Source of the DNA: Octopus sinensis
Taxonomy: Eukaryota
NCBI RefSeq assembly: GCF_006345805.1
Contig: NC_043013.1
Location: 5,146,001 to 5,210,000, forward strand
DNA length: 64,000 bases
Reading direction: 5' to 3'
Positions 53,340 to 63,450 of the stretch are shown here, piece after piece. The translations under genes and the position numbers were made by a program. Under the pieces are notes generated by a model. It was not told where the DNA came from. It saw only the letters and a list, made by a program, of their open reading frames with translations, and made no database searches. Every line of letters starts with the position of its first letter. Positions within the stretch are counted from its first letter, which is position 1.

Positions 53340-53747
53340 CATATATAGAGAGAGAGGTTGTAGTCCCTTTCACCCCACCATATAAAAGAATTTTAATTTA
53401 ATTTAATACTTACTACTCGTTTCTCAGCTACACTTGTTTCTTGAGGATCTTTTACATTTTAAGAAAGGTTCCTGTAAAACACTGCATGTTTAAGGAGCCG
53501 TAAAAGAACTTCAAGAAACACGTGTAGCTGAGAAATGAGTAGTAAGTATTAAATTAGAATTCTTTTATATGGTGGGGTGAAGGGGACTACTATCCCTAAA
53601 TAACATATATATTTCCTCATTGAGAATAATTTGAACCCCTGTTATGCCGGAATTTTTATTCCCTAACAAATAAAATTAAATATATACATACATACATATA
53701 TATATATATATAATATATATATATATATATGATGATGATGATGATAT

Positions 53748-53783
<36 letters not shown>

Positions 53784-56700
53784 ATAAGCAAGAAGATGAA
53801 GCAACAAGAATGGATAGGTTTTTAGTACAATCGTTTCATACAAGGACAGGCTTTATTAAAAGTTGTAAAAATTACAGCATATAAACGTGTCCCGTACTCA
53901 TCAGCTAAAATACATGTGAGTTCTCTAGATATCCTAGTGGTTGAGGCTATACTCATGAAGTAATGTAGATAATTAAGTAACATAAACAGATTTCCAAAGT
54001 TCATTAAAGTTCTTTAAAGATGATGTACAGTCTTATCACAGAATTTTAAAAAAGTTCTAATAGCATCACAGAGAAGGTGACCTAATCCATAGAGCACATA
54101 TGAATTTCCAGAGATATGATGAGGGATTACATACTCACAGAAGACAATTTATCCATTGTTAATCACAACGAGGTGGGTCTCAATTCCTGCTTATTAGCAT
54201 TACAGAGAGGGTGAATTAATCCTTTGTATAGATGCACAATTTCCAATGGTGTAGATGTAAGTTCCAGAGAAATGAAGAGGAATTTCATATTCACAGGTGA
54301 TAAATTTATCAATGGTTGAACACAATGAGGTAGGTATCAATTCTTGTTATATGATTAGGTATTTGCCACATTAATCACATTACTGCTATTTACAAGAGGC
54401 TGTAGCTATTTAACTTTTAAAGGCTGAAGGGCTTTCTAGAGAGGCCAAGAATAGAAAGGGAAGGGAATAGAAGAAAAGAGAGAAAATAAAGGAGGAGGGA
54501 GCAAAAAAGGGGGGGGGACTAAAAGAGAAGAGAAAAGGAAAAAGAGAATAAGAAGAAGAAACAGAAAAAAGAGAAAAGAGAAAGAAATAGGGAAAGAAGG
54601 GAAAAAATAAAAATAAAAAAGAGGGTTCTAGTTATACAGCCGAATTAGTAGACGGCAAGTCTGGTTTTAATTTACAGGCATCTAGGAACTAGAGGAGAAT
54701 ATTATTCTTTGGCCAGTAAAACAGCTAATTTATTGCTGTTGAAATCAGCTATGAATTTAAAGAGAATCTAAAGAGATAACACAGTCAGGGGTTTAGGGGT
54801 CAGATGCTAAAATCAAAAGAAAATACATTAGGAAAGTCTAAGTATAATCTTATCAAAAAGTCAATAAAACTTACTTATTTAATTTATTCATTTTATTGTC
54901 TTAAGGAGTTGCCGTTATTATTCATACATTGACGGACTACAGGTCAAATCTTAGAAGATCATTTACAAGGTGTTAGGGGATTGTCTATCATAATGAAGAT
55001 AATCATATTATCACCGAGGGGGTAGCCTTATTTATTTAATTTTGAAATAGAATTATGGGGCTATAGTATCTCATTTTATTTTATTAGAGTTATGCTACTT
55101 AAATTAGATTAAGTTAGGAATTAAAATTAAAAATTACAATTAAGATTTAAAATTAAGAATTTAAAAATTATGAGTTTGAAATTAAATAAAGCCTCAATTA
55201 AGCAGCGTATAAGTACTATTCATTTCCCTGTTCTCAAAAAACTGATGCAGATATAAGGAAAAAGATAACTGTAGTGTGAGAACTCTTAGTTATCTACTTA
55301 AAGCAGTGCTATACTAGTAGAAATCAAGTTATATCTATCTATCTAGTTACGGATATTCTAATCATTTAAAATATTTTAAAGTCTTCAATTTAGCGTGGAC
55401 ACAAACTTGACCTAGTTCGATATGATTATTCAATAAGTTTCTATGTTTTCTATGCTTTAGAATTTCATACGTCTCCATGGAGCATAGTTGGCAACCAATC
55501 CTACTATTTTTATACGGAATTGCTCTCCTAACTATTTCCCAATTAAGGTTATAATTTTTATTATTATTTTTGAGTTCCCAGATTTTGTTTGAAAGTGTGG
55601 TGGCACCAGCTTTATGACGTAATTTAAAAGACGAGATGTGATTTCTAACTCTGGCTAGAAAATTAATTGTACATCCAACGTAAAGATATTTGTTATTCTC
55701 CGTGGATATGGTACATTTATAGATTACATTATTTTCCCCACAGAGACCAGGTGCCGGGCATTTTGATTTTATTCTACACTTACACACAGGAGGAGCAACT
55801 TCAGGCTTTGGATATATCTTGGGTAGGTAGATGTCTTAGGTTCCTATTATTTTGATTATCATTTCTATAGTTGGTGCTGATATCTAAAGTATTGCTATTA
55901 TTTATTGATCCTTCAGCTTCATCATTTAGGTTTAAAGTCCTACCATGATTTCTTATATTATTGGTAATGTTACTATTATTGTTAGTCTTTTTATCCGACT
56001 GCATATTGCTGTTATAAATATCACTGATATTTTCATTCTCCTTATTCTCCATTAGCCTTATATCTATTATTTCTATTATTAACATTATTACTTCCATTAA
56101 TATCGGCATTGTTATTATTACTATTAATGTTAATGTTATTAGTCATTCTGTGGTTACTAATTTCACCTATGTTTTGATAGTTACTATTGTTGTTTTTATT
56201 GTTGGTAGTATTATTATAATTGCTATTGGTATTCATGCTGATATTATTATTTTTATTTCTATCTTTCCTGGCTAGTTTAATGTTTTTATTATTAATCTTA
56301 GCTATTAAAGTGGACATATTTGGGAGGGTTGAATAAGAAATCCTAACTGTTTTCCTAGATATAATTCTATGATATCTATGGGAGATAGGGAAATTTTTTT
56401 CCAGAATTACTTTGAATTTGTTCTGTATATCCGATTGTATCGCACAGTTGAAAGGGATATTCAGCCATAATATATCTTTTTTATTAAATTTAGGGTTCGT
56501 AGAATTACTACTATTCATCTCACCGGAGTTATTGTATTTATTACCATTATTTTTATTTTTATTTGTGTGCATCTTAGGTTTATCTACTTCAATACTATCC
56601 GAGTTACCTATGTTCTGGTCAATGCTTCTATTTGAATTGTTGGGCCTGTACGCTAGATTAGCGTTTACCATTAATTTAATTCTACTTTTATTTCGGGCTT

Positions 56701-59700
56701 GGTCTGTATTGCTGCTTACGTGATTACTGATAACTTCATTATTAGGAATACGTGAGTTCCCCTTATCAACGAATGTAATCTTTTGGTTGTATCCAGCCTT
56801 AGTTAACGCCTCATTATAATGCTCAGAATGGGAGTTAAATATATCCTTATTGGATGATAATTTTGAAATTCTTAATGAAATATTTCTTACTAAAGATTCA
56901 ATTATATTTGGGGGATGATTTGATAATTTATTTACGTAATTCGTGATTTCGCCTTCCTTTCTAAATGGGTAATGTAGCTTGGAGTTAAGGTCTAGCGTAA
57001 TATCTAGGAAGTTAACTATTTTAGTGCCCGGTTCATACGTTATACCGAGGTTGAAATCCTTAAAGAACTTATTAATTTTCTTTCTAATCCTTTCTATAAC
57101 AGATTTATTATTACTAGGGATAACAAACAGAGCATCATCCCTATATAGACCCCCTGTATTTCTGGTATATCCTTGCTTATGCATTTTATAGATATGCGCC
57201 CACTAGGTTGGTTACCTCAGCCGAATCACTGGAACCCATTGGTATATCAAAAAAATTAGGTGTATCTGCTCTAGTCCATAATTTATCTTCAAATTCTATA
57301 AATGTCTTCCTAGCTAGTAGCACAATATTGATTTCTTCTCTAGATATGAGGGAGCGATTCATGGCAAATATTAGTGATTTGTTGAGTAAGATAGGGGAAA
57401 TACTTGAGTAATAACTATTAATATCGAACTGAATAAAGGACAGACTACTAGTATTAGTTAGAGAGTTAAACCATTTTAGAACTTCATCCGTACTTAGCCA
57501 TAGGTTTAAGGGGAGAAGAGGGGTTATTTGGGGTAGAACACTATCCAGGATAGATTTACTAAGTCGGCCAATGTCCGACTTAGTTGGACAGATCAGCCTT
57601 ACCGAAGGGTTTTCCAAGAAGTTCTTTTTGTGGTCTTTAAGGTTGATCCTGGGCTCACACGGTTTAAGTGGCTCCGTTCTATCCGTTAAATTTAGTTTCT
57701 CCATGATCTCTTTCATTTCCATGTTTACTTTTTTCAAGTTGTTCTTAGTCGTAATTTTATATTTGGAGTTTAGTTCCTTCCTAATTAATTTGCTATAAAT
57801 ATTGTAATCAACTCTATACATATTACCCGTTTTATCTGCTGGTACTAGGATTCCATGTTTGCACCGGGTTGACTGAATAAAGTTCCTAAGGTGTCTAAGG
57901 TGAGGGTTATATCTTAACGGGTGTTCCTTGAAGCTAATATCATCTATAAGATTCAGCAAGTCTTTCTCAAAATTCTCCAGGAATGGGTTCTGAGGTGGGC
58001 TTTTTCTACTTTTAAAAATTCTTCTAAAATTCTTTTTGGTGTTCTTTTCCTGTGGTTTCTTCTTCTGTTTGACATCAAAATGGTTCGTTTTCCACCTGAT
58101 TCTTCTAATGAAATCGTTAATCCTATGAATGAGAAGCCAATTATATTCATCTATACTATGTAAGGGGATGTCTTTAGGGGAGAACTCAATGTTTACCTTT
58201 TCCATTCTTGTTGAGAAATTAAGTACCAGAAAAACATACAGACTGTATGGGAATATATTCAAAAAGCAATAAAGATTCAAGTTAATTTAAATGAATTTAC
58301 TTGAATATGGTACCTAACTTAGATGCACCAAAAAAAACTATACTGTTTTAACAATACAGTAATGTGGGGTGATTATAAGCAACTTTTTTTTACAACTTTT
58401 AATAAAGCCTGTCCTTGTATGAAACGATTGTACTAAAAACCTATCCATTCTTGTTGCTTCATTCTTGCTTATAATCACCCCACATTACTGTATTGTTAAA
58501 ACAGTATAGTTTTTTTGGTGCATCTAAGTTAGGTACCATATTCAAGTAAATTCATTTAAATTAACTTGAATCTTTATTGCTTTTTGTATATATATATATA
58601 TATATCACCATGATCACTGTGACTGACCAGACCATCAGATGTTGCTACACATCGCTGGTCACAATGCGGTTCACACTGTTTTAGCTTTTAAATGACGCCA
58701 CCCCACTGGCTAAGCGAGCAGGCCAACAGCAGAAAGAGTGGGAGAATGTTGTGGCGAAAGAGTACAGAAGGGATCGCCACCACCACCCTGCCGGAGCCTC
58801 ATGGGGCTTTAGGTGTTTTTGCTCAATAAACACTCACAACGCCTGGTCTGGGAATCGAAACTGCGATCCTACGACCACAGGTCCACTGCCCTAACCACAG
58901 GGCCATTGCGCCTCCACATATGTGTGTGTGCGTGTGTGTAATAACAATTATTAAAACTTAATTAGATGCTACATCTTACTTTGATTGAATTGAGAGCCTG
59001 TTGGGTTTTCCCAGCTTCTTGCTTCAGATGGAGCAGGTCATGGTTTCGCTCTTCAATTTTCTCCATGTATTGTTGGTTCTCAATCTTCAACTGGTTAAAA
59101 TCAACAGCATGCAACACTTCACCCATCTCTTCTTTCTGAAAATATACAAAAAGAAACCATTTTATCAATGACTTATCTCTTTATTCACTTCCCAATCTTT
59201 TGGTGGTGAAATGGCAGAGTTGTTTGCTGCATTTCTTCCGAATCCTTACATGTCTAGTACAAATCCCACCAAGGTCAACTTTGCTTTTTTATTCTTTCAG
59301 GGTCAATAGAATAAAGTACCAGTGAAGTAGAAGGGTCAATGGTATCTGTTAACCCCTGTTAATATCTGTTAAGGCGGAGAGCTGGCAGAAACGTTAGCAC
59401 GTCGGGCGAAATGCTTAGCGGTATTTCGTCTGCTGTTACGTTGTGAGTTCAAATTCTGCCGAGCTCGACTTTACCTTTCATCCTTTCGGGGTCGATAAAT
59501 TAAGTACCAGTTACGCACTGGGGTCGATGTAATCGACTTAATACCTATGTCTGTCCTTGTTTGTCCCCTCTATGTTTAGCCCCTTGTGGGTAATAAAGAA
59601 ATAGGTATCTGTTAACCCCTAGTAGAAGGGTCCATGGTATCTGCTAAACCCTTCCCCCAAGAATTGCATGTATGAATGACACAGAATCTCATTCTCTCCC

Positions 59701-60136
59701 TGCAGATCTAACAGCTTGTGCATATTGACTGTCCTTGTCATCGTCATCATCATCATTTCATGTCCATTTTCTATGCTGACATGGGTTGGATGCTTTGATA
59801 GGAACGGGTAAGTTCAAATTCCACCGAGGTCGACTTTGCCTTTTATCCTTTTAGGGCACAATAAAGCCAGCACCACCTGAACACCAGGGTCAATGTAATT
59901 GACTTATCCCCTTCCTAAACTTGCTGGATTTGTGCCAAAATTTGAAACCAAGATTTAAAAGTAAATTTTAACATGTACCTGCTTGAGTTGAAGAAGGAGC
60001 TTTTTCATCTGTGTTCTCTGAGTTGAGATTTTCAGACGAAATTTTTCAATGAGTGCGTCCTGACAATACACAAGAGAAATAAGTTTCAAATTTTAGATTT
60101 TCATTTCAGCATATGTCTAATGAAGTATAACACACG

Positions 60137-60175
<39 letters not shown>

Positions 60176-61550
60176 GGTATTTTTTATATAAGCTTAAAGT
60201 TTATAGCAATCACTGGTCAAATGACTAAGGAAAATAATCTAATAATGGGGCATATAAGCCCTCAACAGAAAAAAGTAGGCTTTCCCATACACATGGGACT
60301 TGAAACCACATCCCTTTGTTAATGCGACTAAGTGTGTTACCAATTACACCAGAGAATTTTTAAACTATTTTCCTTGCTCATTTGCATAGCGATCACTATA
60401 AGACAAGACTTTTGAAAAGGTTGTAAGACACAACGGAAATTTTACGAAAAATAAAAATAAGAAATAAATGGAAATTTTACCGGTGAGTGTGTTAAATTAT
60501 AAGGCACAAAAAGAAAATGACTCTCCTCAGACACAACAGTATATATATATATATACACACATCTATACACACACACATGAGGATGCATGTCATATTGGTT
60601 AGGATGTTCCACTCATTATCGCAAGAGCATGGTTTCAGTTCCTAGACCAAGTAGTGCCTTATGTTCTTGAGCAAAACACATCATCTCGTGTTGCTCTGCG
60701 ATCACTTTGACCCATGGTATGTGGTAAACCATACACCTGTTCAGACAACATCGATTTGATGGAGGGACTGAGCCACTGTACAGCGCAATCATTTGATCAA
60801 TATACACAAACCATCGGCAAAAACCTGAACACTATTCATACATCATCTTCAATGGGAAAATCCATGGTAAGTAGCTTGTTTACGAACCACGTGGTTCTGG
60901 GTTCAGTCCCACTGCATGGCACCTTGGGCAAGTGTCTTCTACTATAGCCTCAGGCTGACCAAAGCCTTGTGAGTGGATTTGGTAGACGGAAACTGAAAGA
61001 AGCCCGTCGTATATATGTATATATATATGTGTGCGTATATGTTTGTGTGTCTGTGTTTGTCCCCCCAACATTGCTTGACAACCGATGCTGGTGTGTTTAT
61101 GTCCCCGTCACTTAGCGGTTCGGCAAAAGAGACCGGTAGAATAAGTACTGGGCTTACAAAGAATAAGTCCCGGGGTTGAGTTGCTCAATTAAAGGCGGTG
61201 CTCCAGCATGGCCGCAGTCAAATGACTGAAACAAGTAAAAGAGTATATATATATATATATATATATTACAGAGATGTACTTACTTGCATAGCAAGTGACT
61301 TGACCTGAGATTGTGTGCTGAAACAAAAACAATTGCAGCACGGAAGGTGTTTATAAGCTATTTATAAAACACACATCACTTCAACATTTAAATTTGTCAA
61401 AATATTTTCGTTGCTTTGAAGTTACAACCCGTTTACTGACATGCAGCACAAAATTTTATTTTGTCAGAGAACAGCTCGTGGTTTCAAAGTGTAGAAAATA
61501 TTTTGACACAAATTAAGTTTAAATGTTGCAGTGAATCTAACAGCTTTTTG

Positions 61551-61603
<53 letters not shown>

Positions 61604-61671
61604 CTATATACCAACAGAATGTGGTAATCCTATAAAGAGCTGCCTGTTGTTTGTATGTATGTATATATATG

Positions 61672-61703
<32 letters not shown>

Positions 61704-62455
61704 TGTATATGATGGCCTTCTTTCAGTTTCCATCTACCAAATCCACTCACAAGGCTCTGGTCAGCCCAAGGCTTCAGCAGAAGACACTTGCTCATGGTGC
61801 CATGCCGTGGGAGTGAACCAAAAACCATATGGCTGGAAAGCAAATTTTTCATCCACACTGGCATGTCTGTGCCTAAACTGCAACACATAAAATTTTAATA
61901 AAATTACAATGCCCCAGCATGGCCACCATTTGTAGGCTAAAATAAAAGATAAGATAATAAAAGATAATTGGCTAAACTGGCAATATGACCATTCCGAAAT
62001 ATAACAATAAAAGATCAGATAGATAATGAAAAAAAAAATTATCTTGAAAAGAAAGAGCAGAACACCTAACCACTTAGTACTTAAACCATCCATATCAGGT
62101 TTCACTCTTGTACTTGTCTTATATACAAATTGACCTGTTCCAGCCTCTCACACTTACCCTACAATGTCTTCTAAAAATAAACAATCACATTGTTGAATTT
62201 CCAAAACAATAAGATAATGCAGGATTAACTCAAAACAATATGAATAAATAAACTGTGAATTCGACAGAGTAGTTTGACTACCAAAGAATTAAAACTGACC
62301 TTTGCTCTGAATCGATCTTCAAAATATCGAATGACTCGTTCTGCTGTTGTTTTCTTAGTGTCTGGATTCCTTGCTCCTTTGACAATATCACGTTCAAACT
62401 CCATTCTTTCCTTCTTTAAATCACTCTGTTCTAATTCATATTGTTCACTTGTTGC
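33560..62455 (-). CDS. CFAP263: Cilia- and flagella-associated protein 263 / coiled-coil domain-containing 113 (5' partial)
   Basis: Six phase-0 exons 62455-62300, 60059-59979, 59135-58980, 49182-49075, 42292-42137, 33628-33560, all AG/GT bounded, give ...FERDIVKG...RVIRYFEDR...KEEMGEVLHAVDFNQLKIENQQY...DYQVPAVMDFV...WQRKVEI..., which I recognise as the CCDC113 (DUF4201) C-terminal half. Confidence 0.9.
34374..34439. repeat. 66-bp perfect palindrome centred on (TA)9
   Basis: ctgatagcctggtcagtcatgtgg (ta)9 ccacatgactgaccaggctatcag. Confidence 0.97.
34950..35630 (-). mobile_element. Three adjacent SINE family B copies
   Basis: Reverse-complement core repeated, separated by (aat)/(gac) tracts. 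Confidence 0.75.
35950..36740 (+). mobile_element. RTE LINE 3' fragment
   Basis: Degenerate GRGRPRKTW region plus the same 3' UTR ending gacgttaaacgatgat. Confidence 0.85.
36750..37450 (+). mobile_element. RTE LINE 3' fragment (second adjacent copy)
   Basis: ggaagaggtagacccaagaagac, 3' UTR, (gat)n tail at about 37428-37448. Confidence 0.85.
38030..38180. repeat. (ACT/ACC/ACA)n trinucleotide low-complexity tract
   Basis: Direct inspection. Confidence 0.9.
38249..38388. mobile_element. Mariner-type MITE
   Basis: ttaggttgtcccaaaagttcgt / acgaacttttgggacaacctta, TA flanks. Confidence 0.85.
38746..39059 (-). mobile_element. tRNA-derived SINE family C (V-domain-like) with 13-bp TSD
   Basis: Head ggcccagtggttagggcagcggactcgcgg..ttcgattccc; gctgcgatgggctggcgtcccatcc; A-tail; TSD taggcatagtgta at 38733 and 39060. 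Confidence 0.88.
39515..40397 (+). mobile_element. 5'-truncated CR1-clade LINE (RT C-terminus, open frame) inserted in a piggyBac-type MITE
   Basis: IFADDIKL...ERVQKLATRMV...LSYEERL..LDLYSLEKRR.RGDLI...FSVRV..PWNKLP; (taac)n tail. Confidence 0.9.
41815..42092 (-). mobile_element. RTE 3' terminal fragment
   Basis: (cat)n-cgtttaacgtccg...gctggatgcccttcctaacgccaacc. Confidence 0.85.
42137..42292 (-). CDS. CFAP263: CFAP263 exon (QKLQAEK...KVEIIK)
   Basis: cag|CAA ... AAA|gtaagc, 156 nt. Confidence 0.9.
42583..42959 (-). mobile_element. SINE family A
   Basis: Reverse-complement full-length match. Confidence 0.85.
43285..43757. mobile_element. hAT MITE with nested RTE 3' fragment
   Basis: cagtggttcccaa / ttgggaaccactg; 8-bp flanks atctaata / gtctaatg. 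Confidence 0.8.
44026..44432 (-). mobile_element. Non-autonomous Helitron-like element
   Basis: On the minus strand: A|TC start, subterminal hairpin cccgagcaacgccggg, CTAG|T end. Confidence 0.75.
46135..46885 (-). mobile_element. RTE LINE 3' fragment with internal short duplications
   Basis: Reverse complement has ggtagacccaggaagacg and the RTE 3' end; the ttgggc...gaggca motif is repeated about 4 times. Confidence 0.75.
47155..47536 (+). mobile_element. SINE family A
   Basis: Full-length match. Confidence 0.85.
48464..48589 (+). ncRNA. Type I hammerhead ribozyme motif with very long stem II loop
   Basis: AUCU CUGAUGA GGCCUUGAGAU-(about 76 nt)-AUCUACAGGCU GAAA C-AGCU-G UA AGAU. Confidence 0.6.
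49075..49182 (-). CDS. CFAP263: CFAP263 exon (RKLQELMTE...EQVTE)
   Basis: cag|AGA ... GAA|gtatgt, 108 nt. Confidence 0.85.
49466..51349 (+). mobile_element. 5'-truncated RTE-clade LINE with long repeat-containing 3' UTR and (GAT)n tail
   Basis: Frame VVDSFRYLGDQ...KGRLYDACVRTAMLHGSETW...RRLRWYGH...GRGRPRKTW (ORF 49602-50063), followed by the 3' UTR and (gat)n at 51327-51349. Confidence 0.9.
50305..51178 (+). repeat. 62-bp tandem repeat (about 14 units) inside RTE 3' UTR
   Basis: Unit ccatccgagcgtggccgttcgccagcctcgtctggcacctgtgtcggtggcacataaaaaca recurs at about 62-bp period (50373, 50435, 50497, 50559...). Confidence 0.97.
51641..52017 (+). mobile_element. SINE family A
   Basis: Near full-length match. 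Confidence 0.82.
52888..52981 (+). ncRNA. Type I hammerhead ribozyme motif with long stem II loop
   Basis: UGCAG CUGAAGA GAGCUUUA-(49 nt)-UAAAGCUU GAAA C-ACGU-G UA CCGUG; 8-bp stem II, stem I has one mismatch. Confidence 0.6.
53021..53104. repeat. (TG)n microsatellite
   Basis: About 41 uninterrupted TG units. Confidence 0.97.
53820..53910 (-). ncRNA. Type I hammerhead ribozyme motif in PLE 3' pLTR (39-nt stem II loop)
   Basis: UUUUAG CUGAUGA GUACGGGACA-(39 nt)-UGUCCUUGUAU GAAA C-GAUU-G UA CUAAAA: 6-bp stem I, intact core, about 10-bp stem II, GUA cleavage triplet. Confidence 0.75.
55362..58205 (-). pseudogene. Disrupted PLE polyprotein (RT + CxC-CP-C knuckle + GIY-YIG endonuclease)
   Basis: Motifs FDINSYYSSI, IPMGSSDS, LYRDD; CKCRIKSKCPAPGLC; VIYKC..YVGCT..R..NH; CQLC..E; C-x-H. 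Frame breaks near 57185, 56045-56110 and about 55835. Confidence 0.9.
58606..58917 (-). mobile_element. SINE with family C head and a different 3' end ending in (TA)n
   Basis: 5' half matches 38880-39059; 3' end matches 34330-34397. Confidence 0.75.
58980..59135 (-). CDS. CFAP263: CFAP263 exon (KEEMGEVLH...LNSIK)
   Basis: cag|AAA ... AAA|gtaaga, 156 nt. Confidence 0.9.
59372..59604 (+). mobile_element. SINE family B
   Basis: Full copy flanked by repeated ggtatctgttaacccct. Confidence 0.88.
59979..60059 (-). CDS. CFAP263: CFAP263 exon (DALIEKFRLK...LQLKQ)
   Basis: cag|GAC ... CAG|gtacat, 81 nt. Confidence 0.88.
60865..61243 (+). mobile_element. SINE family A
   Basis: Near full-length match. 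Confidence 0.82.
62300..62455 (-). CDS. CFAP263: CFAP263 exon (ATSEQYE...EDRFRAK)
   Basis: tttag|GCA ... AAG|gtcagt, 156 nt. Confidence 0.88.
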
Positions 62456-62524
62456 CTAAAACAGAAAAAGTTAAAATGTAAAATGCAAATATCTGTTTCT
62501 TAGCAGAATATTTTTCTTTTTTTC

Positions 62525-62738
62525 TTTGTCACATGCAAAAGAAAATGCCTTTTTAATATTCCATACTGTTGGAAGTTAACAGTATAAAGTAGATAGATGA
62601 TGTACACATAGAACACATAAACACACATTAATATATATAATGTGTGTTTATGTGTTCTATGTGTACATCATCTATCTACTTTATACTGTTAACTTCCAAC
62701 AGTATGGAATATTAAAAAGGCATTTTCTTTTGCATGTG

Positions 62739-62743
<5 letters not shown>
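62525..62743. repeat. Perfect inverted repeat, 106-bp arms, 7-nt loop
   Basis: 62525-62630 = reverse complement of 62638-62743. Confidence 0.97.
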
Positions 62744-62769
<26 letters not shown>

Positions 62770-62946
62770 CAAGATAAGAAAATGGAGAAATACATCTAAA
62801 TCAAATATCAATTACCAGATAATACTCAATCACATACTTTATTAAACCACCACATAAGAGACTGTAGGGTTAAACATAAAAATGCAGAACAAATCAGTGT
62901 ACATAAAGGAATGTACATAAAAAAGTGTACATAAAAGATATATATA

Positions 62947-63450
62947 TCGTAAATCCCCAAGTATAATTGGCACTTTTTCCCAAAATTTAAAGGTCAAAAT
63001 CCCTAATGCATACTATATACAAGGTTAAAAATGAAAAATATTTTCTAAGCAATGTCCGAGTCTCTATTAGCTGTCTGGCAATGTTCATTCAGATGTATTT
63101 TGTGATGTCGAGCACGAAAATACCTTAAGCTAAGCCTGAAAGCAATGAAGTCATAAAAGAATCATCCATAACTTGCAGTAAGCAACATTTATTAAAATAA
63201 AAGTATTCAGAACACAGAATAACATGTAACAAAAACAATTTGCAAACATATTTACATTCCCATATAACAGTTAAGAACATCACCATTATTGTATTACGCA
63301 TGTGCAGAAGTGTTTGTTCGACTAGGTGCTGCTGGCTTAATTACGCTCAACTCAAGTTAGAGAAGTGGTGCGTATTATACACAAGGTTTAGGTTTTTCAG
63401 AAGTACAGCCCCCTAAAAGTCCCCTGCGTATTATACTCGAGGATTTCCGG
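62947..63450. mobile_element. Tc1/mariner-superfamily (pogo-like) non-autonomous element
   Basis: Imperfect TIRs tcgtaaatccccaagtataat / attatactcgaggatttccgg in TA context. Confidence 0.6.

Larger units (their letters stand above)
53784..58585 (-). mobile_element. Penelope-like retroelement (C-terminal GIY-YIG type), near full length, inverted 5' pseudo-LTR, inserted in (TA)n
   Basis: RT + GIY-YIG reading frames. 58260-58380 is the inverted repeat of 58467-58585, and 58383-58470 is the inverted repeat of 53784-53875. (TA)n lies on both flanks. Confidence 0.92.

Noticed and set aside
55795-55805. In-frame TGA in the PLE as possible selenocysteine (as in Naiad PLEs)
   Set aside because: This TGA is in a different frame from the downstream Cys knuckle, all knuckle Cys are TGT/TGC, and Naiads have an N-terminal endonuclease, unlike this element.
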